64,000 nt of DNA from Alphaproteobacteria bacterium (GTDB taxonomy: Bacteria > Pseudomonadota > Alphaproteobacteria > Caulobacterales > Hyphomonadaceae). Below are positions 47,848 through 55,384 of this stretch, one piece after another; positions within the stretch are counted from its first letter, which is position 1; every line of letters begins with the position of its first letter. The position numbers and the translations under genes are program-made. The notes beneath the pieces were generated by a model that searched no databases, was not told the DNA's origin, and saw only the letters and a program-made list of their open reading frames with translations. The stretch covers positions 18,071 to 82,070 of the forward strand of contig JAAEZZ010000006.1 of the NCBI GenBank assembly GCA_018222605.1. Reading direction: 5' to 3'.

Positions 47848-48918
47848 CTAGAATTTGAATGAAACGTGGGGGACGTTGCCGGCGAGGATCGCGGTCACGA
47901 TGTCTGCGGCGGCGGCCTCGCTGATCATGCCGTGCTTGGAGATCGCGGCAGCAGCCTCAGCCTGAACCCGCTCGCGGTGTTCGGCATCAGCCTTGCGCTG
48001 TTCCTCAGCGGCTTTTTCAGCGGCCTCCGCATCGCGCTGGGCCTGCAGCTGGCGCTCGGCCTCAGCGGCGCGGTCACGTTCAGCTTTCAGAGCGGCTGCA
48101 GCCTCGGCATCCTTCTGGCGCTGGCGCTCCTCGGCTTCCTCACGGGCCTTTTGCTCGGCATCGCGCGCGGCTTTTTCCTCGGCGGCCTTGATGCGTTCGG
48201 CCTCGGCGGCTTTCCGGCGTTCCTCGGCTTCAGCGGCCTCCTTCCGGCGCTGCGCCTCGGCCTCGCGTTCTTCGCGTTCTGCCTTTTCGCGGCGCAGCTT
48301 TTCCAGTTCGGCGCGCTCAGCCTCGGCCTTGCGCGCGGCCTCCAAAGAGGTTTCGGAATCGGCAATGCGTTGGTTCAGCGCAGCCTGCGCATCGGCAAGT
48401 TCGCCGCGGAACACGTCCGGATCCAGTTCAATGGCGCGCAGCTCGGACAGGTCGGACTCAATCGCGGCCATGGTGTTATCTGGGCGTTGCGCCAGCCGGT
48501 CATGAAATTGGTCAACGCGCATCTTGCGCGCGTTCTCGGCCGCCTCCCATTCATCCAGCGGCTTGCGGGCCAGGTCGATGACCGCATCCAGTGTGTCTTT
48601 CACTTCGTTTCGGATACCGTTGACCTTCTTGACGGCCTCCCGGTGTTCCTCGGTCAGTGCCAGTCCGGCCTTGTCGATAGATGCTTTCAGCTTGCGGATG
48701 TTATGCGCTCGGCTGGCGATATCGTGACGGCCAACATTGGTTTCGAGGTTCACATCAGCGGCGTCGATCTCTTCCTGAAGTTCGCAGACCAGCTGCTTCA
48801 GCATATCCGGTTCATCGAAGATGGCGGCGGGATTCTCGCGCAGGATTTCTCCCACGGCGGCTGAGTTGTGACCGATGGTTGCCTCGGCGGGAGCTGGGGG
48901 GGCTTGAACGTCTGTCAT
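47848..48918 (-). CDS. coiled-coil phage protein (DUF1351-like position and architecture)
   Basis: The helical N-terminal half is followed by ~130 aa of E/A/R/K repeats. It lies between RecT and the nuclease. The family assignment is tentative. Confidence 0.55.
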   Translation of the reverse strand: MTDVQAPPAPAEATIGHNSAAVGEILRENPAAIFDEPDMLKQLVCELQEEIDAADVNLETNVGRHDIASRAHNIRKLKASIDKAGLALTEEHREAVKKVNGIRNEVKDTLDAVIDLARKPLDEWEAAENARKMRVDQFHDRLAQRPDNTMAAIESDLSELRAIELDPDVFRGELADAQAALNQRIADSETSLEAARKAEAERAELEKLRREKAEREEREAEAQRRKEAAEAEERRKAAEAERIKAAEEKAARDAEQKAREEAEERQRQKDAEAAAALKAERDRAAEAERQLQAQRDAEAAEKAAEEQRKADAEHRERVQAEAAAAISKHGMISEAAAADIVTAILAGNVPHVSFKF

Positions 48919-48947
48919 GATAGATTCCTTTCGGGTGGGGGCGGTGA

Positions 48948-49895
48948 TCAGGCGGGGACAAGTTCGGGGGCGCGCTTGGCCATTTCGGCCAGTGGCTCGA
49001 CGCGCGGCAGGATCTCGTCGTGCTCTTCGAGCCGTTTGCGCGCGTAGGCTGGTAGTCCGCAGGCGACAGGCCCTTCGTGATAGGACGGCCAGTCATGGGC
49101 TTCGAGGCAGCGGGCAAGGCGGTCGAGAGCGAAACGGTTCAAGCGAGCGCCCCACTCGATATCGATGTCGTAAAGCGGTGCCACCGTGACCGTGTAGGGC
49201 CGTTTCTTCTCCTGCAGGACGAGGGAGAAACTCTCCATTACCCGTCCACAGACTTTCGCCATGCCCTCGGCCATCAGCGCCAGCTGGCAGTGATAGCCAT
49301 ACTTGTCGATAGCCCGCTCAATGTCCGATTTCTCGGCGCTTTCGGTGGTCTTGTAATCGGCCAAAATCGTGTCGTTCGGGATCATGTCCGGGCGGCTCTT
49401 GATCCAGATCCCGGTGGCTTCATCTTTCCAGATCAGCGACGCTTCGATGATGCCGCCTGAAAGTGCGAGGTCCATGAGCGGCTCCCGCGCAAGGCGCTCG
49501 GCCATGCCCTGGATGTCCGCAACCTCCTTTTCCTTGAAGACGGTCAGGCCATCAGCCTCCTGCGCGGCCTTCCACTCTTTGGCTTCCTTCGTGCGGAAAT
49601 CGTCATAGGGCGAAATCACGATGTCGGACGGCCAGCGTTTCTCCACGCATAGCACGTGCGCCATGCGGCCGAAGCGCATTGCATTGGTCTCTGGTTCCGG
49701 CTCGCCGTTTGGGTTCAGGGGAGAAGAGTCCCAGAACTTCTCCGGGCAGGCTTCTATCTTACGCAAGCCGGTGTTGCTGATGGATGGGCCATCGAACAGA
49801 TCGGCCCTGCCGTGGTAGTCCTGAATCGGAATATTTAGATAGATGCCGGGCTTTTTGATGGTCCCACCATCGTACTCGATGACGTCGATACTCAT
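48948..49895 (-). CDS. PD-(D/E)XK nuclease-like protein (recombination exonuclease candidate)
   Basis: RPDMIPNDTILADYKT gives a D...D-x-K motif, and FGRMAHVLCVE is upstream. It lies in the RecT module. Confidence 0.7.
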   Translation of the reverse strand: MSIDVIEYDGGTIKKPGIYLNIPIQDYHGRADLFDGPSISNTGLRKIEACPEKFWDSSPLNPNGEPEPETNAMRFGRMAHVLCVEKRWPSDIVISPYDDFRTKEAKEWKAAQEADGLTVFKEKEVADIQGMAERLAREPLMDLALSGGIIEASLIWKDEATGIWIKSRPDMIPNDTILADYKTTESAEKSDIERAIDKYGYHCQLALMAEGMAKVCGRVMESFSLVLQEKKRPYTVTVAPLYDIDIEWGARLNRFALDRLARCLEAHDWPSYHEGPVACGLPAYARKRLEEHDEILPRVEPLAEMAKRAPELVPA

Positions 49896-50209
49896 GATTG
49901 CTTTACCTCAACTGAGATTTGCTGTTCGCGCTCAGCCAGACGCTTCAGCGCATTAGATGCAGCGCCACGGGTCTGTCGCAGGAAGTCGACGTTGAACTCG
50001 ATGGCCTTTGCCATCTGGACAAGCGCTGTCTCGACCCGGGAATCCCTGTCAGGATCACCAGAGGCCGGGCTGTTCAGTTCCTCAATCGCGCTGGTGAGAT
50101 GATTGTGTGCGGCGGTAAGCCCGCGCTGCGCGTCCAGCAGGGTCAGGGTCATTCCCTGATCGGATTTCCAGTCGATACTCATGATGCTTTCCCTTGTTTC
50201 TTCAGCCAC
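49892..50209 (-). CDS. hypothetical protein (105 aa)
   Basis: It is a packed operon member with overlapping stop/start. Confidence 0.5.
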   Translation of the reverse strand: MAEETRESIMSIDWKSDQGMTLTLLDAQRGLTAAHNHLTSAIEELNSPASGDPDRDSRVETALVQMAKAIEFNVDFLRQTRGAASNALKRLAEREQQISVEVKQS

Positions 50210-50391
50210 TCTGCGTGGTGTTGAGGCTCAAGCTGCTCCATGATGGACTGGCATAGCGCCCACTCCATGGGGTCAGTCTGTCCCAGCTCGTGCGCTTCGC
50301 GCATCTTCTCGTAGTGCGCCCGGTAGCCTGATTGAGAGTGGCGGGCCTTTTCCTGCTCGCCGCCCAGCATCATATCTGCGTATTCACCCAT
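50179..50391 (-). CDS. hypothetical protein (70 aa)
   Basis: It is a packed operon member. Confidence 0.45.
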   Translation of the reverse strand: MGEYADMMLGGEQEKARHSQSGYRAHYEKMREAHELGQTDPMEWALCQSIMEQLEPQHHAEWLKKQGKAS

Positions 50392-50597
50392 CAGCCGAAC
50401 CTCCGCAGGGAGACGGCCCGGCGCTGCATGCGGCGCAGTTTCGTCATCGCATGCGCACGCGCGGCAGGGTTGGAGAACTTGGCGGCAACGATGGTCTGCG
50501 ATGCCTCACGGATCAGGTTGCGTTCGCGCTCGTCGCCCTTGCTGGCGAGCTGATCGGTGAACGAGAGCCCGGTGATGTTCGTGTTCGGATTAGTCAT
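50391..50597 (-). CDS. hypothetical protein (68 aa)
   Basis: The start is chosen at MTNPNTN, which overlaps the upstream stop by 8 nt. Confidence 0.45.
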   Translation of the reverse strand: MTNPNTNITGLSFTDQLASKGDERERNLIREASQTIVAAKFSNPAARAHAMTKLRRMQRRAVSLRRFG

Positions 50598-50835
50598 TTT
50601 CAAAGTCCTCCATGGTAGTGGCAAGGATGAATTCCTCGGTCAGGGTTTCGGGAAGGGGGTCACCCATTGCGCGGTCACAGATCGCGCGCGCCTCAGCAGC
50701 GCCGGGAAGGCCATCCAGAATGTGGTCGATGGCGTGACCGGCGACGGCGCGGAGTTGCTCACGGGCACGGGCGGTATTGGCCTCTTCGATGCGCGCGCGG
50801 CGCTCTGCGGTGAAGTCGATGGTGAAAGCGGTCAT
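50590..50835 (-). CDS. hypothetical protein (81 aa)
   Basis: The start is chosen at MTAFTIDF, with an ATGA overlap onto the upstream stop. Confidence 0.45.
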   Translation of the reverse strand: MTAFTIDFTAERRARIEEANTARAREQLRAVAGHAIDHILDGLPGAAEARAICDRAMGDPLPETLTEEFILATTMEDFEND

Positions 50836-51296
50836 GCCACCACCTCGCTGGTGCGGCTGAAGCGCAGCATTACCGGACAAGTGGCGCCCTCAATCGGGAG
50901 TGAGCCAATGCGTTCCAGAACGCGGCCCTTGAACAGCGTCACATAGCCATCGACCAGCGACAGCGGATAGGCCGGGGCGGTGTAATTGTGGGCGCGGCGT
51001 GTGCGGGTGACGATGCAAACGCGCCAGTCCTTGCGCGGGCCAAGGCGCTGCAGGAACACGTCACCGACTTCCGCCCGGTTACGCATGCGGCGCTCGCACA
51101 GGCGGTAATCTTTGAGGTGGTTCACCCACGCACCGACTTGATCTTCGTGGTTCTGGAGGAATTCAGAGCGCTCGGTCGAGACGCCAAGACGCTGGAGGAA
51201 CGCGGTCAGGAACTCGGCACTGCCGATGAACCGGCGGCCAACCAGTGCCAGCGCTGCGGCCTCTGCGGTCGGGGTTGATGGGGTGTTGGTCAGCAT
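50832..51296 (-). CDS. hypothetical protein, first gene of the leftward early operon
   Basis: It sits directly downstream of the left operator block. No family was recognised. Confidence 0.55.
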   Translation of the reverse strand: MLTNTPSTPTAEAAALALVGRRFIGSAEFLTAFLQRLGVSTERSEFLQNHEDQVGAWVNHLKDYRLCERRMRNRAEVGDVFLQRLGPRKDWRVCIVTRTRRAHNYTAPAYPLSLVDGYVTLFKGRVLERIGSLPIEGATCPVMLRFSRTSEVVA

Positions 51297-51323
51297 GTCT
51301 TGCCTCCTGTCGATGGGAGGAAC

Positions 51324-51362
51324 TTAAGTCAGACTAAAATTTAAGGCAAGCTAAAATTTAAG
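51324..51362. promoter_or_regulatory. left operator block: two copies of CTAAAATTTAAG spaced 17 bp
   Basis: The 12-mers at 51334-51345 and 51351-51362 are seen directly. The block is a near-perfect inverted copy of 52395-52434. Confidence 0.6.
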
Positions 51363-51463
51363 CTCAGGCAAAAAATGTTCTGACTTCACCCGCGCTCGCA
51401 ATATGAGCGCCTTGCCAAGCAGGGGCTACTGGGCTTCAGTGCGTCTTCAATCTTGAGAGGACA

Positions 51464-52039
51464 ATGAAAATGAAAATACGAGCGGCATTGGCTACGATGG
51501 TAGTCTTGGCGGGGTGCCAGACAGCAACAGTCCACAACTCAAACCGCTTCAGCACAGATGTTCAGGCCTACGAGTTTAACAGCGTGGCTTCGCAATTCAT
51601 GGCACGGCCTACATTCGCTTATTTGTCTCAGGATAAACAAACTCTGATTCTGGAGATCGACATCTATGGCCGCCGGGTGACTGAATACGGAAGCTTCGAG
51701 ACATCGGCAATTTCATTCCAGAGAGAAGGTGTTCCGGAATATCTGGCCGCAATCGACAAGTTCCAAGAGTGGGAAGCTGTTGCAGCAGCTGATGGCGATA
51801 TGTTCACCAAGGAAATAGCAAAGGTGAAGGGTGTCCAATCCAGCCTTAAATTCGCTTTTCACTCTGGGAATGAGCGTAATCATTATCTTATGCTGTCCAC
51901 CTGCGCAGTTGGCATTTGCATAGATGAGTGGGCTGTCTATTTGCCAGCGTCTGAAGTTGCGGATCTGAAAATGCTACTCAAGGACTTTGCTGCCGGAAAC
52001 ATTGGGCCGGATCAGACAATCGACCAGAAGTACAACTAG
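51464..52039 (+). CDS. lipoprotein encoded inside the immunity region (moron-like)
   Basis: Signal peptide with lipobox VVLAGC is present. GC is visibly lower than in flanking phage genes. Its stop overlaps the repressor stop in a CTAG. Confidence 0.7.
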   Translation: MKMKIRAALATMVVLAGCQTATVHNSNRFSTDVQAYEFNSVASQFMARPTFAYLSQDKQTLILEIDIYGRRVTEYGSFETSAISFQREGVPEYLAAIDKFQEWEAVAAADGDMFTKEIAKVKGVQSSLKFAFHSGNERNHYLMLSTCAVGICIDEWAVYLPASEVADLKMLLKDFAAGNIGPDQTIDQKYN

Positions 52040-52377
52040 TCGCCAACAGCAGCCTTGAGCATCGCCAGAATGGTTGGGCGATTTTGGTCGTTGATCTTTC
52101 CCAGAAGGTCGATGACCTCGCCATCCATATCTGGATTGTTCCCGACAAGCATCGAAACCGATACATTTAGAGCTTCAGCGAAGGCGTAAAGCTGCTCAAG
52201 AGTGGGCGATTGCACCCCTCGCTCGATATTGCTAACGGTCACATGTGACATCAAGGGTTCGCCTGGCTCGCTTTCCATTCGCTCAGCCAATTGCCCCTGG
52301 GTGAGGCCGCGCTTTTTGCGCCACTCTTTGATGTAGTGCTTTTGCATCGTGCTTAAATTTACCTCAACACTCTGCAT
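52036..52377 (-). CDS. cI-like XRE-family repressor
   Basis: An HTH (RGLTQGQLAERM ... VSNIERG) is present. It is divergent from the cro-like gene across the operator block. An alternative start is Met11 at 52347. Confidence 0.85.
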   Translation of the reverse strand: MQSVEVNLSTMQKHYIKEWRKKRGLTQGQLAERMESEPGEPLMSHVTVSNIERGVQSPTLEQLYAFAEALNVSVSMLVGNNPDMDGEVIDLLGKINDQNRPTILAMLKAAVGD

Positions 52378-52394
52378 CTGTATTCTGGCCCTGC

Positions 52395-52434
52395 CTTAAA
52401 TTTTCGCTTGCCTTAAATTTTAGCCTGACTTAAA
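52395..52434. promoter_or_regulatory. right operator block between the cI-like and cro-like genes
   Basis: CTTAAATTTTCG (52395-52406) and CTTAAATTTTAG (52412-52423) are spaced 17 bp. A third partial site, CTTAAATTTA, lies at 52352-52361. Confidence 0.6.
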
Positions 52435-52443
52435 CCGTGTTCT

Positions 52444-52683
52444 ATGGAACACCCACTCAGGACATGGCTGAAAGCCAAAGGCAAAAGCGTAATGGCCTTC
52501 TGTGAAGGTCAGCCCTTCTCCTATCCGACCGTCTACAAGCTCCTCAAAGGTGAGGGAACTTTCCAGTCAGACACGCTGATTGATGTTGCCCGGGCCACAA
52601 ATGACGAGGTGCCTGTCAGCACCTTGATTGAGGCGCTCCGAGATCGTCGAGCGAATAAAGCTACAGCGGAGCCAGCCCAATGA
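52444..52683 (+). CDS. Cro-like small DNA-binding protein
   Basis: It is 79 aa, the first rightward gene, and contains FSYPTVYKLLKGEG, an HTH-like segment. Confidence 0.7.
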   Translation: MEHPLRTWLKAKGKSVMAFCEGQPFSYPTVYKLLKGEGTFQSDTLIDVARATNDEVPVSTLIEALRDRRANKATAEPAQ

Positions 52684-52985
52684 CTCCGGCTGACCGCATC
52701 CATTGTTCGTGCGCCTCCTGCGCACCTTCGAAAACGGCCTCAGCATCCGTCCCCCCTTATGCTGCGCGCCGGAGCAGGGCGGGCATTGCGACCCCCACCC
52801 AGCCTGTCCGCTCTGCTCAGTCGTTCCAGCTGCTCGGCAAGGTCCATTTTGCGCCGAGCACTGACGATGAGGAACGAGGCCGCCTCCAGCAAGTGGTCAA
52901 CCTCGTTCCTAAGTTCTTCGGTTCTGTTGTGTTGCATCTATTACGCAAGGCCTCCTTTCCAGACCGGATATGGAGGAAGTGAAGC

Positions 52986-53390
52986 ATGCAAATCGAGGAC
53001 AGAAATCCCCATAAATTGCCGCTTGGTCGGCGCATTCAGGATTACCTCAAAGACAAGTTCGGCAGGGACGCGGCCAAGCAAGCGGCAGCCCTGGCGAATG
53101 TAGACGTTCGCACCGCACGCGGATGGCTTGAAGAGGGCAGGGAGCCGAAAGGTGATGCCCTGCTGGCAATAATAACAGACATGGGCCGCGATGGCCTTCT
53201 GGCGATCTTTTCGCCGGAAGTTGAAAGCCATGAGGCACGACTCCGGAGGAAGATTGATGAACACGGGCAAGAGATTGCGCGCCTTCGGGCGTGCCTTGGA
53301 AAGGGCGGGACTCCGCCTGCAAATCAAAACGCTCGAGTTCCGTGTCCGCTTCCGGAAATGGCGTGCGCAAATGGATCTGATCATCGGTGA
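52986..53390 (+). CDS. hypothetical protein (134 aa; C-terminal part doubtful)
   Basis: A good ribosome-binding site (GGAGGAAG) sits 9 nt upstream. The last ~45 codons overlap the next gene in another frame. Confidence 0.45.
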   Translation: MQIEDRNPHKLPLGRRIQDYLKDKFGRDAAKQAAALANVDVRTARGWLEEGREPKGDALLAIITDMGRDGLLAIFSPEVESHEARLRRKIDEHGQEIARLRACLGKGGTPPANQNARVPCPLPEMACANGSDHR

Positions 53391-53541
53391 CGAGATGATC
53401 CGCTATGGCCGGGAAACGGGCCATGCGGGACTCGTCTTCGCCGGCCACGCAACCTGCGACCGCGCGATGATGGTCCTCAACGAAATCGAGACCGGCGAAC
53501 GGCAGGCGCCGCGTCCCGTCAGCTATTGGCAAGATCGATAG
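53257..53541 (+). CDS. hypothetical protein (94 aa)
   Basis: An ATG is preceded by GGAGGA at good spacing. The N-terminus is basic and helical. Confidence 0.5.
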   Translation: MNTGKRLRAFGRALERAGLRLQIKTLEFRVRFRKWRAQMDLIIGDEMIRYGRETGHAGLVFAGHATCDRAMMVLNEIETGERQAPRPVSYWQDR

Positions 53542-53574
53542 CCCCCACTCCCTGCCAAGGAAAGGACCACCCGC

Positions 53575-53994
53575 ATGGCGAAAGATGCGAAAGACAAAAG
53601 CAGTGATGCGCCGACTGTTTTCACGCCGGCCACCAAGTCGGATTTGCGGACCGCTCTCGATAATTACGAGGCGATCAACACTGAAAAGAGTGATAAGGCC
53701 GACGCTCAGAAAACCCTTCTGGAGCGGTTCAATGAGCAGCACTCATTGCCGCCATGGATTTTCAAGATTGTCCGCAAGTTCGACAAGCTTGAACAGGATG
53801 ACAGCGCAGAATCTGCCCGCTCCAAACGCGCGCTGATCCACGCGCTGGAACAGCTCGGCATCGGTCGTCAGACCGATATCGAGGACTTCACCAGCGGTCC
53901 GGCTAATGATCCGGACGGTGACGGCGGCGCATCCGCGGTCAGTGATGAAGAGTGGGATGATGCTGATCCGAACAAAGATCAGGACGCGGCATGA
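53575..53994 (+). CDS. hypothetical protein, possibly GapR/DUF2312-like, with an acidic tail
   Basis: IFKIVRKFDKLEQDDSAESARSKRALIHALEQLGIG loosely parallels the DUF2312 C-terminal pattern. The resemblance is weak and by eye only. Confidence 0.55.
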   Translation: MAKDAKDKSSDAPTVFTPATKSDLRTALDNYEAINTEKSDKADAQKTLLERFNEQHSLPPWIFKIVRKFDKLEQDDSAESARSKRALIHALEQLGIGRQTDIEDFTSGPANDPDGDGGASAVSDEEWDDADPNKDQDAA

Positions 53995-54521
53995 TCTTGG
54001 CAATCGATCCGTCCGTTTCGAGAACGGGTTGGTGCAAAGGCCACCCCGGCGGCCCCGTGCAAACGGGATCGCTGGGGCTTGGCTCCTTCGGTAAAGAACT
54101 CGGCCCCACCCTGAACGCCTTGGAGCAATGGCTCGAAGGCGCTCTGGATGGCGTCGACATCGTTTTCTACGAACAGCCTATCCAGTTCGGAAAGCAGTCG
54201 TTTGACAGCCGACGCAAGTTGTATGCGCTCGGCTCCCTGATTGAACTGGTGTGTTATCGCCGCCGCATCCAGGTGCGTGAAGTCAACAACCAGACCTGCA
54301 AGGCGCTTTGCTACGGCAGCGCCAAGATGAAATCCGCCGAGGTGAAGGAGCGAGGCGTCGGCCTTGCCAAAGCCTGGGGGTTCGAACCCGCAAACCATGA
54401 CCAGGCTGATGCCTGCGCAGTGTTCCTCGTGGGCACCAAGCTGTGGTTTCCGGAAGACTTCAAGACATGGGTGGATCGCAAGGCCGCGAACGCCCGCAAG
54501 ACTGGGGAATTGCTCCTATGA
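53991..54521 (+). CDS. RuvC-like Holliday junction resolvase
   Basis: ILAIDPSVSRTGW is present at the N-terminus, with later acidic residues (YEQP, DQADA). Confidence 0.8.
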   Translation: MILAIDPSVSRTGWCKGHPGGPVQTGSLGLGSFGKELGPTLNALEQWLEGALDGVDIVFYEQPIQFGKQSFDSRRKLYALGSLIELVCYRRRIQVREVNNQTCKALCYGSAKMKSAEVKERGVGLAKAWGFEPANHDQADACAVFLVGTKLWFPEDFKTWVDRKAANARKTGELLL

Positions 54522-55384
54522 CCAACGATCAAAACGATCAAGAGGGGGCTACCCTTCGAACCACCACGCCGGGCAATGGACTGGTCAATGGGCATCCTGC
54601 CGAAGCCGGGGAGTTGGTAGGTTCCCCAGCCGAGGTTAAATCCGCGCCCCCTCCACCTGAGAGAGAGCCGACAAAGCTCGATGATGGTGCATTCGAAGCG
54701 GTCAAGGATGCCAACCCGCGCACTGTTTTTGGCGGTCTTCGTCCGCTGTCATACGACCTGATTATGGCGGACCCGCCATGGAAATTTAAGGCTTGGTCAG
54801 ACAATGGCGACAAGTCAAAGGCCGCGGTTGGTCATTATGACTGCATGGATCTAGATGAGATCAAATCCCTGCCGGTTTCGACCCTCGGTCGCGGCGACTG
54901 CATCCTCTGGCTTTGGGCAACGCACCCAATGCACGAACACGCCTATGAGGTTGTCCGCGCGTGGGGGTTTAATACCGTCACTGGCGGCGTGTGGGTGAAG
55001 CGTACAAAAAACGGCAGGCTCGGTTTCGGAACGGGCTACCGCCTGCGCTCTGCTTCTGAGCCATTTATTATCGCGACCCTCGGGAACCCTGAAACCGTGA
55101 GGGATATTCGCACGGTTGTCGAAACCTTCGGAGAGGTTGTCGATGGGCCGCTTCGGGAGCATTCCCGCAAGCCGGATGAGGCCTATGAAACCGCCGAGCG
55201 TATGTTCCCTCGCGCCCTTCGATTCCTGGATCTCTTCAGCAGACAGAGCCGCCCCGGTTGGGACGCATGGGGCTTTGAAGCGGGCAAGTTCGATACCCAG
55301 CAGGCTGAGCATACCTTCGAGAACGCTGGGGATGTGGCCGCGCGGGTTGTTGCCAAAGCAGCGCGGGGAGTGGCTGATGTCTGA
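54518..55384 (+). CDS. MT-A70 family N6-adenine DNA methyltransferase
   Basis: DLIMADPPWKF carries the DPPW catalytic motif. The start is at MTNDQ, with an ATGA overlap onto the resolvase stop. Confidence 0.9.
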   Translation: MTNDQNDQEGATLRTTTPGNGLVNGHPAEAGELVGSPAEVKSAPPPPEREPTKLDDGAFEAVKDANPRTVFGGLRPLSYDLIMADPPWKFKAWSDNGDKSKAAVGHYDCMDLDEIKSLPVSTLGRGDCILWLWATHPMHEHAYEVVRAWGFNTVTGGVWVKRTKNGRLGFGTGYRLRSASEPFIIATLGNPETVRDIRTVVETFGEVVDGPLREHSRKPDEAYETAERMFPRALRFLDLFSRQSRPGWDAWGFEAGKFDTQQAEHTFENAGDVAARVVAKAARGVADV

